The position numbers and the translations under genes were made by a program. Below, in pieces: positions 26,649 to 36,540 of a stretch of 64,000 nt of DNA. The notes beneath the pieces were generated by a model. The model did no database searches. It was not told the origin of the DNA and saw only the letters and a list, made by a program, of their open reading frames with translations. This stretch comes from an uncultured Candidatus Rokubacteria bacterium. GTDB lineage: Bacteria > Methylomirabilota > Methylomirabilia > Rokubacteriales > DASRDR01. How positions within the stretch are numbered: position 1 is the first letter of the stretch; every line of letters starts with the position of its first letter. Location: positions 128,001 through 192,000 of the forward strand of contig CAWDVE010000014.1 of the NCBI GenBank assembly GCA_963805625.1, written 5' to 3'.

Positions 26649-26957
26649 TCAGGCGCCGGCAAAGTCGATCCGAGCGACTTGGCTGCCGGCACGAACGGCT
26701 CGGACTGCACCGCTGGATCTCGAGCAGGCGCGATGTTCCCGGATGACACGGGCGCGATCGCAGCCGGAACCGACATGGCGCCAACGACCCAGAAGAGGAC
26801 TCGCCACCGGCGCGACGGAGGCCGTTTGGGGTCCCGCCTCCTGCATTTCCTCCAGCGCACCAGCCTGATCCTCGACGGGATCGGCCGCGCGCGCGGGCGC
26901 CGCGTCAAGGAGCGCCCAGACCTGAATCGCGATTCCCGCTATGAAAATTGCTTTCAT
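26649..26957 (-). CDS. Hypothetical secreted protein, possibly a truncated remnant
   Basis: GGAAGGAG RBS and signal-peptide-like MKAIFIAGIAIQVWALLDAAPARA. Distal part is not recognisable. Confidence 0.35.
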   Translation of the reverse strand: MKAIFIAGIAIQVWALLDAAPARAADPVEDQAGALEEMQEAGPQTASVAPVASPLLGRWRHVGSGCDRARVIREHRACSRSSGAVRAVRAGSQVARIDFAGA

Positions 26958-26983
26958 GACTCCTTCCATCGGAACCGGTCCTC

Positions 26984-29353
26984 TCAGCGGCCGCCGGCCA
27001 GGGCCTGGCTCCACTCGACCGGATCCTCCGGCGCGACCCCCGCGGGCCGGAGCCCCGACGAGGTCTGGAGATCCGCCCAGCTGAGGCGGCCGTCGACCCC
27101 GTACGGGCGGAGGCGGACGCGGCCCGACGAGGGCTCCACTCGGACCTCCACGAAGCTCTGGTAGAACGGCGCGACGTTGACGTCGAATGCCGCCGAGAGC
27201 CACTCCACCGAGTACGGCCAGGCGCCCAGGTACTGGGTCCACCACCAGAAGGGCGCCTTCCAGGGCGGGAGGGTCGCCCGGATCTTCCCGGTGACCTGGG
27301 CGGTCGTCGGGTGGAACGCCCAATCGGCGGCGGCCGGCGCGGCCGGCCAGTCGAGCGCGGTGCCGAAGCTCAGGTAGGCCCCACCGCCACCATTGACGAC
27401 GTGGGTGACGCCCCCGCGGCCACCGCCATCCCCGCGCTCCAGGTAGTACTCGAGATCGTGAGTGTCGCCGGCCATGACGATGGCGACCCCGTGCTGGCGC
27501 AGGAGCCGGTGGAGCGCGAGGAACTCGTCGTCTCCCTCCGCCCGGTAGAGGCCCCCTGCGTACAACGGATGGCCCAGAATGGCCATCGTGAATTTGCCGC
27601 GCGCCGCGGCGAGCGCGCCCTGGAGCCACGCATGCTGGGCCGGGTCGACCCGCCGGATGACCCCGGTGTCGACGGCCAGCAGCGCGAAGTCACGGGTCTG
27701 GATCTGGAAGAAGGGGGCGCGCTGGAACCCCGTGGGCACCCCGTACTGCCGGCGAAGCTGCCCGGCCTGGGCGATCAGCTCCTCGATCCGCCCGTCCGTG
27801 GTGCTCGTGAGCCGGTTGTCGACCTCGATCCGCGCCCGCATCGTCCGCCGGGCTGCCTCCTCGGTCATGAACGTGGCGGCGAACGCCTCCAGTGCGTCGT
27901 ACCAATCGTGATTGCCGGGGATGGCATACACCGGCTTGCCGGTTCCCTTAAAGGGCAGCCAGAACTTCGCCTCGTAGTCTTTCATCGCCCCCACCGGGTA
28001 GACCACGTCCGACGACACCACGATGAAGCGCACGTCCTCGCGCCGGGCCACCGCGAGAAGCTGGTCCCGCAGGATCTGCTGGGACGCGTCCCCTTCGCCG
28101 GGGTCGCCGATGACGATGAAGGCGAAGTCCCCACCGTCCGCGACGCCGGGCGGCGTCACCGCGAACGCCTCGGCGCCGGCGCGGGGCTCCTGGTCCAACA
28201 CCGTCGCGACCATCGCTTCCCGCCAGGTGTCGGTGCGCGCCTCGGCCCAGCGGTTCCACATACCCGCCGCCCAGTTCTCGGTGTCGAAGAACCAGCTCAT
28301 GCCGAACACCGGGGACGTGGCCGCCACGAACGCAGCGGCGGGTAGACCGATCTGGAGGCCGCGGCTCAATGCCGCGGGCAGTGAGTAGCGCGCCGCACGG
28401 AGGCGCACGGCGAACCGGAGCCGGTGGTCGAGCCAGGCCCGGACAAGCGCGCGCGTCCACCGGGAGCCGCTTGCGTCGAGGCACCACGCCCACGCGCGCC
28501 GCTCGAGCCCCCGGCTGGCGCGTCGGGTGAGCAGGCGGGCGGGGATCACGACCCCGAACGCGATGAGAAGGGCGAGGGAGAGGTCACCCAGCACGGCCAC
28601 GAAAGGCGACAGGACGCCGAGCGCCGACCGGTCTAGGCCCATGCGGCCGAGGTGAATGCCGAAGAGCGTGACGGCGAACGCGGCGATCCAGCCCCGGTCG
28701 ATCCCCGCTCGTCCCTGCTCCTCTGTTGCCAGACTACGGGCGAGGTCCGCCAGGGCCGGGCTGTCCGCCAGATCCAGGTCCTGCGCGACCGTGTCGCCGG
28801 TATCCTCGGGCGTGTAGGCCGGCGTCGTGATGATGCTCCACGTCGTGCCCACGAGGCGGAATGCGCCAGCGGCGGCGATCGCCCACCGGACGGCGGATCC
28901 GCGGACCAGGAGCAGCAGGACCGCCAGCAGCCCGTAGCCGAGCGCGGGCAGGGCCCGGGCTCGAAGCCCGGGCCCTGCCCCGGCGGCGCGGCCCACGGCG
29001 TTCCGGAGCGCGTCGACTCCGAACCAGGCCGCGAGCAGAAGCAAGATGGCCCGGCCGGCCAGGTCGCCGGCCTGCAGGACCAGTACGCCCATGGCGAGCG
29101 TGATCGCCCCACCGATCCACGCCGCGCGTCGGCCCTCCGCGGTCGACCGGCGAACGCCGTGAGCGAGCTCGAGGCAGGCTCCTGTCAGGAGCGCGAGCCC
29201 CACGACCGTCGGGGTGGCGGGCCCCGCGAAGAGCGGCGCCACCGCGGCGAGCGCCGCCAGCAGCAGGACGACGGCGCCCAGCCCGCTCGGTCCGGGGCGC
29301 GCCGGTCCGGTCGCCGCAAACATCCCGCGCAATCGTTGGCGGGGATCTCGCAT
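26984..29353 (-). CDS. Membrane-bound metallophosphoesterase with N-terminal HdeD/DUF308-like TM region
   Basis: Hydrophobic N-terminus, then calcineurin-like GDPG, SDVVY, GNHDW, GHPLY and AGDTH. Confidence 0.85.
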   Translation of the reverse strand: MRDPRQRLRGMFAATGPARPGPSGLGAVVLLLAALAAVAPLFAGPATPTVVGLALLTGACLELAHGVRRSTAEGRRAAWIGGAITLAMGVLVLQAGDLAGRAILLLLAAWFGVDALRNAVGRAAGAGPGLRARALPALGYGLLAVLLLLVRGSAVRWAIAAAGAFRLVGTTWSIITTPAYTPEDTGDTVAQDLDLADSPALADLARSLATEEQGRAGIDRGWIAAFAVTLFGIHLGRMGLDRSALGVLSPFVAVLGDLSLALLIAFGVVIPARLLTRRASRGLERRAWAWCLDASGSRWTRALVRAWLDHRLRFAVRLRAARYSLPAALSRGLQIGLPAAAFVAATSPVFGMSWFFDTENWAAGMWNRWAEARTDTWREAMVATVLDQEPRAGAEAFAVTPPGVADGGDFAFIVIGDPGEGDASQQILRDQLLAVARREDVRFIVVSSDVVYPVGAMKDYEAKFWLPFKGTGKPVYAIPGNHDWYDALEAFAATFMTEEAARRTMRARIEVDNRLTSTTDGRIEELIAQAGQLRRQYGVPTGFQRAPFFQIQTRDFALLAVDTGVIRRVDPAQHAWLQGALAAARGKFTMAILGHPLYAGGLYRAEGDDEFLALHRLLRQHGVAIVMAGDTHDLEYYLERGDGGGRGGVTHVVNGGGGAYLSFGTALDWPAAPAAADWAFHPTTAQVTGKIRATLPPWKAPFWWWTQYLGAWPYSVEWLSAAFDVNVAPFYQSFVEVRVEPSSGRVRLRPYGVDGRLSWADLQTSSGLRPAGVAPEDPVEWSQALAGGR

Positions 29354-29719
29354 TGCGCGACTCTAGCACGCTCCATTCGAGGTAGGCGCCTCAGTCCGAG
29401 ATTGGGCCGGACGACGAGGCGAGGGTCATTCGACATTCCCCAACCGGAATGTCCGGCGGCTTGGTGATCGGCGCCCGCGCCGCTATCGAGCAGGCGCCCC
29501 TGGCGCGGGTCGGCGGGACTCCGAGGACGCGATCAGCACGCCGTTGACCATCCGCCACGACGAGGGCTACCGCTGGCTCACCAAGACGGGAGCGAAGTCC
29601 TCTACCCTTCCGGCCCGGCCTGGCCACACCAGGCGCGGGAGAGCTGGGCGCGCCCCCGTAGGGGCTCACCGCCGGCAGTCCTCGCCACCCAGGCCAGATG
29701 ATCTGGCGGACCGCGCGTC

Positions 29720-31378
29720 CTACGCGCCCAGCCGGTCGAAGACGTTACGCGTGATGCGCTCGACGAACATGTCGCCTCCCTGCAGGCCGTACGCCCATTC
29801 GGTCGAGCCGCAGTTGAAGACCGTCCCCTTGCCCCGGCTGAAGGCGACCATGGCCGCGGTGCCGTACCGGTACTTCTCCAGCCCCGCCGGCGTGACCGTC
29901 CCGTCGAGCTGGCGCACGACCGCCTCCAGGTCCCGCTGGTCCCACATCACGTCGCGCTCGCCGGACGGCCGCTCCCCGAGCGACGCGGGCGCCAGGGCCA
30001 GGATCTCGGTGGTCATGGGCGCGCCGTCGCGGCCGGTCGGGTACGGCAAGCCATGCCGCGTCACGAAGTCGAGCCCATCGCACTCGTAGCCGACGATCCG
30101 GTCCCGGTCGCCGAAGACGTCGCCGTACTCCAGCTGGGTGCCGGCGAACACCCAGTGAGCGGGGCGGTACACCATGTAGCCGCCAGAGGAGCGCGGCATG
30201 ACGTAGCCCAAGCGGTGGTAGCCGCCGCGGGTGAAGGACAGGCCAAAGGTCTGGTTCTCGGGCCGCCCCGTGCGCGGGTTCGACCACATGCCGGTCAGGT
30301 ACTTCTCCTGCGCGGTGCCATAGACGGGGTCGAACTCCGGCACGTACTTGTAGCAGACCATGTCCTGGCCGCCGTTCTCCAGCCGCACCTGCCAGAACGC
30401 GGCGTTGCCGATGAAGAACGCCGCGTGCCCGCCGGCAGCGACGAAGTCGTCCACCACATCGCGCTCCTGCCACGTCCAGTACTCGTCGTGCCCGACCGTC
30501 GTCAGCATGCGGTACCCATCCACTACCCCGGGGTCGCTGTCCAGGTCGCCCTGCACGCAGTAGTCCAGCGCGTAGCCATTGGCTTCCATCCACGGGACGA
30601 AGATCGACTCCCACGTGTGGAAGCCCGCGAACCGCGTCCAGTGGTGGTAGCCCTGCTGGACGTGGCGTGGGAACGCGTCGACGAGCGGACGCTCGCCGAA
30701 ACCCGGGGTACCCGTGTTGGTGTTGCGAATGGTGCTCGGCACCCGGTGCAGCAGGCCGCGCTGCCACGGCCGCTGGAACGACAGCCGGCACGCCACCGAG
30801 CGGTCGTCGCTCGCGTAGAGGCACTTGCCCCCCCAGGCGTTGTAGGCGGCATAGGTGTTGGTGGACAGGACCATCAGGATCTTCGCCACGCGCTTCCGGG
30901 CAGGCGCGCGCACGACGAAGAAGTGGTCCCACTCGAGAGGCTCGCCCTTGGCGTCCTCCGCGCGCAGCGTCACCGCGTAGTAGCCCGACCGCCAGTCCCT
31001 CGGGATCCGGAACGCGAAGCCGTCCGGCCACCCGCAGCCGCGGCCGAACGCCTCGGGCGGCGTCGGATGGAGGGCGCCCCGAATGCCGCTCCGTGTGTAC
31101 ACGAGGTCGCGCCCAGCACCGACCCGCGCGATCTCGATCGAGTATCGCGACGCGGAGGTGGAGGTGTGGAACCGCACCTCGTCGCCCGGCAGGTAGCTCA
31201 GCCGGTCCGTGTAGCACCAGAGGCCGCGCTCGCCGGGCCGGGTGAGACGGTCGTTGTCGGTGCCGACCAGCTTGATGATGAGGCTCAGCCGTCCGGGCGG
31301 TGGCATGTAGGACACCGCATCGGCCGGAGGCCGCTGGGCGACCAGCGCCGCGCGCGGGTCACGTTTCCGCTGGGTCAT
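29720..31378 (-). CDS. N,N-dimethylformamidase beta (large) subunit family protein
   Basis: YTDRLSY, GCGWP, WRSGYY, TNTYAAYNAWGG..LY, LSFQRP, GHDEYW, GYECDG and VFNCGSTEW. Confidence 0.85.
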   Translation of the reverse strand: MTQRKRDPRAALVAQRPPADAVSYMPPPGRLSLIIKLVGTDNDRLTRPGERGLWCYTDRLSYLPGDEVRFHTSTSASRYSIEIARVGAGRDLVYTRSGIRGALHPTPPEAFGRGCGWPDGFAFRIPRDWRSGYYAVTLRAEDAKGEPLEWDHFFVVRAPARKRVAKILMVLSTNTYAAYNAWGGKCLYASDDRSVACRLSFQRPWQRGLLHRVPSTIRNTNTGTPGFGERPLVDAFPRHVQQGYHHWTRFAGFHTWESIFVPWMEANGYALDYCVQGDLDSDPGVVDGYRMLTTVGHDEYWTWQERDVVDDFVAAGGHAAFFIGNAAFWQVRLENGGQDMVCYKYVPEFDPVYGTAQEKYLTGMWSNPRTGRPENQTFGLSFTRGGYHRLGYVMPRSSGGYMVYRPAHWVFAGTQLEYGDVFGDRDRIVGYECDGLDFVTRHGLPYPTGRDGAPMTTEILALAPASLGERPSGERDVMWDQRDLEAVVRQLDGTVTPAGLEKYRYGTAAMVAFSRGKGTVFNCGSTEWAYGLQGGDMFVERITRNVFDRLGA

Positions 31379-31594
31379 CGCGTGAGCTCCCCGGTCCGAG
31401 GCGTGCACGTCAGGGCGGCGTCCACCGTGGCGCCACCGTCACGTCGCTTCTACTCGGTCATCCGGACCGATGCAAGAGCCTCCGCCGGCGGCGCCGCTCT
31501 CTCCCGCGTCACCGGCCCCTGTCCCGGGCGCCGGCCCGAAGCGTCAGGCACCGCAGGATGCTCGCGACGTCGGCCGGACCATAATCGCGACACG

Positions 31595-31994
31595 ATGCTT
31601 CCGCGCGGCCCACGACATCACCGCATCCCTGGAAGGAAGCCTCACAAGGTCGACGCGCCCTTGCGGCCTCGCGTGAAGGTGTGGGTCGTCTTCGCCGACC
31701 GGCGAAGCTCGGCGACGGCCGGGCCCGCTTCTTCGAGCTGGTCGACGAGCTCGGCTCCATCGGAAGGCCGTCGACCAGATGGGCATGTCCTACCGGGCGG
31801 CGTGGGGGTACATCCGCGAACTGAAGGCCGCCGCCGGATTCGCGTTCCTCACGCGAAAGCCGGGCGGCGGGGGCACGGGCGGCGCGCGCTCGAGCAAGGA
31901 GGGACGAGCCTTCCGGGCTCGGTACCGTCGGTTCCGCGCCTCCCTCGATCAGCTCACGCAGCGTCAATTCGCGCGAACGTTCGGGGAGCCTTGA
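31595..31994 (+). pseudogene. modE: ModE-family winged-helix regulator with two -1 frameshifts
   Basis: RPRVKVWVVFADR / KLGDGRARFFELVDELGSI / KAVDQMGMSYRAAWGYIREL...GGGGTGGA is spread over three frames (shifts near 31703 and 31762). Confidence 0.75.
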
Positions 31995-32010
31995 CTGATA
32001 CTTCTGATGC

Positions 32011-32610
32011 ATGACTGACCGACCTCGGATCTGGCTGGTCCGGCACGGCGAGACGGAGTGGTCACTCAGCGGGCAGCACACGGGGCGCACCGACGTGCCC
32101 CTCACCCCGGCAGGCCGGCGCCAGGCGGAGGCCCTCGGGCGCCATCTGGCCGGGCATTCGTTCGCGCTCGTGCTCACGAGCCCGCTCGGCCGAGCCCGCG
32201 AGACCTGCCGCCTCGCGGGCTACGAGAGCAGCGCGCAGATCACGGATGACCTCCGCGAGTGGGACTACGGCGTCTACGAGGGACGGACGACCGCCGCCAT
32301 CCGAGTCGGGGAGCCCGGCTGGTCGATCTGGAGCCACCCGGTCCCCGAAGGGGAATCCATCGACCAGGTGGGAGCGCGGGCCCGCCGCGTCATCGACCGG
32401 GCTCTCGGTGCGGGCGACGACGTCGCGCTCTTCAGTCATGGCCACCTACTCCGGATCCTCAGTGCTGGCTGGATCGGCCGGCCTCCGACCGACGGCCGTC
32501 TGTTCGCTCTCGCCCCCGCATCCGTCAGCGTTCTCGGCTGGGAGCGCGAGACCCGGGTCATTCAGTCCTGGAACCTGACAGTCCCCCCTGCCCCCGAGAG
32601 CAAGACGTGA
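32011..32610 (+). CDS. Histidine phosphatase family protein
   Basis: RHGETEWS, SPLGRARET, EWDYG and FSHGH. Confidence 0.92.
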   Translation: MTDRPRIWLVRHGETEWSLSGQHTGRTDVPLTPAGRRQAEALGRHLAGHSFALVLTSPLGRARETCRLAGYESSAQITDDLREWDYGVYEGRTTAAIRVGEPGWSIWSHPVPEGESIDQVGARARRVIDRALGAGDDVALFSHGHLLRILSAGWIGRPPTDGRLFALAPASVSVLGWERETRVIQSWNLTVPPAPESKT

Positions 32611-32658
32611 GACGGACCACCGGACACGCTGGGAGTCGGCCGCCCGGGGCGGCGGCCT

Positions 32659-33915
32659 TCAGGCGGGTTCGCGGCGTGCTGGTCCCTCGTCGATCAGATA
32701 GCTGAAGCGGGCGACGAACTCCTTCTCGCCGAGCCCGCTCGCCGCGGCGAGGGCCGCCAGTTGCTGCGGGCGCTCGAAGTCCTCGCGCTTGAGGCGGATC
32801 ATGTACGCGTAGAGCGTCCGGTAGGCCTCGGACGACACATCCGCATAGCGGAGCCGTACGCGGCCGGTCCGAGGATCGAGCAGCTCGCGGAAGGGAACCG
32901 GGACCAGTCGCCCACCCTGGATGGTCACCATCGCCTCGGTGCCGCCGTCGAGGAGGAAGCGGGTCGCCGCGTAGCCGAGACTTCGCGCGTACTGGGTGTC
33001 GTAACCGCCGGGCGGCGCGCAGCGCAGCTCGTAGCCGAGGTCCTTGGCCGCGATGGCGATCTCGATGCCGCGGGCGGCGAGGCTGGCCGACACCCGGTCC
33101 TTGAGGCTGCGCGCGAGCTCCAGATCCGCCAGCCGGACGTTGCCGTAGGTGTCGTAGGACACCGAGCCCACGGTCTCGGGATCGAGCTTCTCCAGGATGC
33201 CTTCGGCCAGGAGCGCGACCCCGTGCTGGCGTCCGTGGGCGCGCCGCTTGATGATCGCGCCCTCGAGGATGTCCGCGACCTGCGCCAGCGGCACGCGGGC
33301 GCCCGGGAACTCCTCGCCGACCAGCATCAGGGTCGCGCCGGCGGCGCCGCCGATCCCGAGGGTGAGGTGACCCGCATGGCGGCCCATCACGGTCACGAAG
33401 AACCACTTCTCCGTGGTCGCGGCATCCTGCATCAGGTTCCGCACCAGGTCCTTGCCGAGGTTGACCGCGGTCACGAAACCGAAGGTCGGGACGTCGTCCG
33501 GCAACGGCAGGTCGTTGTCGATGGTCTTGGGGACGTGGGCCACGGCGAGCCGCCCCGCGAGCGCCGCCGCGATCTGCGCGCTGGCGAAGGCGGTGTCGTT
33601 CCCGCCGATGGTCACCAGGTAGGAGACCTCCAGCTGGCGGAGGCTCTCGGCCACCCGGCGGAGCGACTCCGCCGACTGCGTCGGGTTCGCGCGCGACGTG
33701 CGGAGGATCGAGCCGCCCTCGAAGTGGATCTGCGACACCTCGTTGATGTCCAGCTCCTGGACGTGCGAGAGGTCGCCGCGCATCAGCCACTTGTAGCCGT
33801 CGAGGAGCCCGACCGCCCGCAGGCCCTGATTGCGGGCCTCGATCGCGGCGGCCGCGATGACCGCATTGATACCCGGAGCCGGCCCGCCACCGACCAGGAT
33901 CGCGAGGGTCTTCAC
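32659..33915 (-). CDS. pfp: Pyrophosphate-dependent phosphofructokinase
   Basis: GGGPAPGIN, GGNDT (Asp at the PPi-specificity position), PKTIDND, MGRHAG and LGYELRC. Confidence 0.85.
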   Translation of the reverse strand: MKTLAILVGGGPAPGINAVIAAAAIEARNQGLRAVGLLDGYKWLMRGDLSHVQELDINEVSQIHFEGGSILRTSRANPTQSAESLRRVAESLRQLEVSYLVTIGGNDTAFASAQIAAALAGRLAVAHVPKTIDNDLPLPDDVPTFGFVTAVNLGKDLVRNLMQDAATTEKWFFVTVMGRHAGHLTLGIGGAAGATLMLVGEEFPGARVPLAQVADILEGAIIKRRAHGRQHGVALLAEGILEKLDPETVGSVSYDTYGNVRLADLELARSLKDRVSASLAARGIEIAIAAKDLGYELRCAPPGGYDTQYARSLGYAATRFLLDGGTEAMVTIQGGRLVPVPFRELLDPRTGRVRLRYADVSSEAYRTLYAYMIRLKREDFERPQQLAALAAASGLGEKEFVARFSYLIDEGPARREPA

Positions 33916-33954
33916 GAGCGGAGTCTGCCTACCATGTCCGCTGGGCCGCGCCGG

Positions 33955-34980
33955 TCACGCGACGGTGCGCTCCAGGTCGGGGGTGTACTGCCCGCGCCGG
34001 GCGGCGCCGTTCATGCGAGCGCGGTGGTAGAAGGCCTGCTGCCCGGCCGCGACCCGCGTCGGATCCCCCCGCCACGCCCGGATCGCCGATTCCTGGAGCG
34101 CGCGCCCGTAGGAAAAGCTGAGAGCCCACGGATGCGACATCCCGGGCGCGTTCATCGCGTTCAGGTGGGCGGTGGCCCGCTCCTCGCTCTGGCCGCCAGA
34201 GAGGAACACCATGCCCGGCACCGCCGCCGGGACCGCGCGCCTGAGACAGCCGACGGTCGCCGCCGCCACCTCGGGGACGCCGGCCTGGCGAGCGCATTCC
34301 TTGCCGGACAGCACCATGTTCGGCTTGAGGAGCATCCCCTCGAGCGCCACCCCTTGCTTGCGGAGAGTGTGGAACACCGCCTCGAGCGTGGTCTCGGTCG
34401 CCTCGAAGCAGCGCTCGATGGTGTGGTTCCCGTCCATCAGAACCTCGGGCTCGACGATCGGCACCACCCCCGCCTCCTGGCACAGGGCCGCGTAGCGAGC
34501 GAGCGCGTGGGCATTGACCTGAATTGCCCGATCCGTGGGAAGGCCGGGACCGATCGAGATCACCGCGCGCCACTTGGCGAAGCGGGCCCCCAGCGCGGCG
34601 TACTCGGCAAGCCGCTCGCGCAGGCCGTCGAGACCTTCCGTCACCTGCTCTCCGGGCGCGCCCGCGAGCGGCTTCGCGCCCCGGTCGACCTTGATGCCCG
34701 GAATGATCCCCTGGCGCGCGAGGACCTCGACCAGCGGCGTCCCGTCGTCCGCCTTCTGGCGGATCGTCTCGTCGAAGAGGATGACCCCGCTCACGTACTC
34801 CGCCACCTTCGGCGTGCTGAGGAGCATCTGGCGGTAGCAGCGGCGGGTCTCCTCGGTGTTCGGGATGCCCACAGCCTCGAAGCGGCGGCCGATGCTGGGA
34901 TGACTCTCGTCGGCGGCGAGGATGCCTTTACCCGGCGAGACCAGGGCGCGGGCCGTGGCCTCCAGTCTTTCCGCGTTCAT
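33955..34980 (-). CDS. fba: Fructose-bisphosphate aldolase class I
   Basis: GKGILAADES, GIKVDRG, FAKWRAV, PIVEPEV, LLKPNMV and FSYGRALQ. Confidence 0.95.
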   Translation of the reverse strand: MNAERLEATARALVSPGKGILAADESHPSIGRRFEAVGIPNTEETRRCYRQMLLSTPKVAEYVSGVILFDETIRQKADDGTPLVEVLARQGIIPGIKVDRGAKPLAGAPGEQVTEGLDGLRERLAEYAALGARFAKWRAVISIGPGLPTDRAIQVNAHALARYAALCQEAGVVPIVEPEVLMDGNHTIERCFEATETTLEAVFHTLRKQGVALEGMLLKPNMVLSGKECARQAGVPEVAAATVGCLRRAVPAAVPGMVFLSGGQSEERATAHLNAMNAPGMSHPWALSFSYGRALQESAIRAWRGDPTRVAAGQQAFYHRARMNGAARRGQYTPDLERTVA

Positions 34981-35153
34981 TCCCTTCTCCCCTGCCCGCG
35001 AGCGGCCTCAAGCCGCTCCTGTCCCTCAGAAAAAAGAGCCATAGCTGTGCGGCCTTATGAGTTCGACGGCACCGGCACGATAGCCAAAGGCTCGACCTCG
35101 GACCACCAGAAGAGATCTCCTTGGCCATGCGACGACCTCTTCCTGGCCCCGCA

Positions 35154-35185
35154 TGTCGATCTCCGGTCGGCCTCTTCGACTATAC
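35154..35185 (+). promoter_or_regulatory. ECF42-type promoter TGTCGA-N17-CGACTAT
   Basis: Near-copy of the promoter at 49716-49745. No intact gene follows it. Confidence 0.55.
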
Positions 35186-35367
35186 CGTGAGAGACGGTCG
35201 CCGGATCGGCTCAAGAATCGAATGGAGGACAAGTCCCTCCCCTGGTAGCCTCGCCCTGCCCGACCACGGTCGGACGGATCTCGGAGCGCTGGTCGAGTCG
35301 ACGCGATCAGCGTTCGGTGTGCCACATGCCCGGTAGCGCTCCGCCGAGCCAGGCGCAGGGGACGGCC

Positions 35368-35610
35368 GTGAGCGCGAGCGTGATCGGGTACGTCGGGCTC
35401 TCGTCCTCACGAGCGCCTTCCTGATCGTCGAGGTCGTCGGTGGCGTCTGAACGGGCAGTCTCGCGCTACTGGCCGATGCCGGCCACAGGCCGGCATCGGT
35501 GGACTCGTCCTGCCTCTGGCAGCACGGTTCGCCCGAAGGCCGCCAACAGCGGCCAACACCTACGGCTACTGCCGGATGGAGATCCTGGCCGCGCCAGCCA
35601 ATGGTGTGGT
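35368..35610 (+). pseudogene. Cation diffusion facilitator (CzcD-like) remnant
   Basis: ALVLTSAFLIVEVVGGV*TGSLALLADAGH / FARRPPTAANTYGYCRMEILAA, with an in-frame stop near 35448 and a deletion. Confidence 0.75.
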
Positions 35611-35660
35611 GCGGTTCAGGAGCACGCGAGTCGGTCAGGACGGGTATCGGCGGGGAACGC

Positions 35661-36476
35661 TCACCTGCCCTGGGGCTCCCACATCAGGATCTCCCCCTTG
35701 CCCAGGCCCGACGTGTCCCCCGTATACCGCTGATAGATTCCGTCTCCCACCTCCGGAGGCATCGGGAATCCGAGCGTCCACAGGTGCCGGGCGTAGACGC
35801 GCAAGAACGTCGGCCGATACGCGCAGTCGTACGCGAAGGTCGGCAAGAGGTGGATCGGCGTCAGCGAGACGATCGTGCCGCGCGCCATCCAGGCGCCCGT
35901 CCGGATCTCGGCGCCCCCGAGCAGGAAGATCGTGCCGCCCTTCATCTGCAGCCCGGCGAAGTCGCGCACGGGACCGGCGACGGCGATGATGCCGCGCCTC
36001 ATGCGCATGCCTACCTCGATGCCCGCCGAGCCCTCGATGAGAATCGTGCCCTGGTTCATCCCCTTCGGACTGCCCCGATAGGCAGCCCCGACCTGCCCGC
36101 CGGCATTCCCGCGAATGCGGATCAGGCCTCCCGTCATCTCGGCGCCCAGCCAGTCCGAGACGTTCCCGGTCACCTCGATGGTGCCGCCCTTCATGGAGGC
36201 ACCGAGATGCATGCCGACGTCTCCGACGATGCTGACGCGGCCCCGCGTCATGCCGCGGCCGATCCACTTGACCTTCCCGAGGTCGCCGCGGATCGCGAGC
36301 TCGTCGCTGGCCGCACCCTCGATGTCGAAGAAATCCTCGAGGCGATGCTGCCGCTTCCCCAGGAGCACCGGCAAGCCGCGGATCGCGTCGCGGGTGAGCC
36401 CCGCCGTCACGTCGGGCGAGAGGCTCTCCGCCTCGAGGGGTACGGTCGGCTGCTCCTTCAGCGTGAGCGTGATCAT
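35661..36476 (-). CDS. fwdC: Formylmethanofuran dehydrogenase subunit C
   Basis: PLEAESLSPD, repeated GxxMxGGxI beta-helix, LLPTF and YTGD...GKGEI. Confidence 0.93.
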   Translation of the reverse strand: MITLTLKEQPTVPLEAESLSPDVTAGLTRDAIRGLPVLLGKRQHRLEDFFDIEGAASDELAIRGDLGKVKWIGRGMTRGRVSIVGDVGMHLGASMKGGTIEVTGNVSDWLGAEMTGGLIRIRGNAGGQVGAAYRGSPKGMNQGTILIEGSAGIEVGMRMRRGIIAVAGPVRDFAGLQMKGGTIFLLGGAEIRTGAWMARGTIVSLTPIHLLPTFAYDCAYRPTFLRVYARHLWTLGFPMPPEVGDGIYQRYTGDTSGLGKGEILMWEPQGR

Positions 36477-36540
36477 GACCGTCCGGGTCGATCCCCTGCG
36501 GGAGATCGCCGGGTCGATGACGGAGGCATCGGGCGGACCG

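Noticed and set aside
32761-35190. Long antisense/alternate-frame ORFs (e.g. 32761-35190 +, 54926-56917 +, 17402-19342 +, 30053-32014 +, 4331-6085 +)
   Set aside because: These are shadow ORFs of high-GC genes. They are Arg/Pro/Gly-rich, have no motifs, and overlap well-supported genes.
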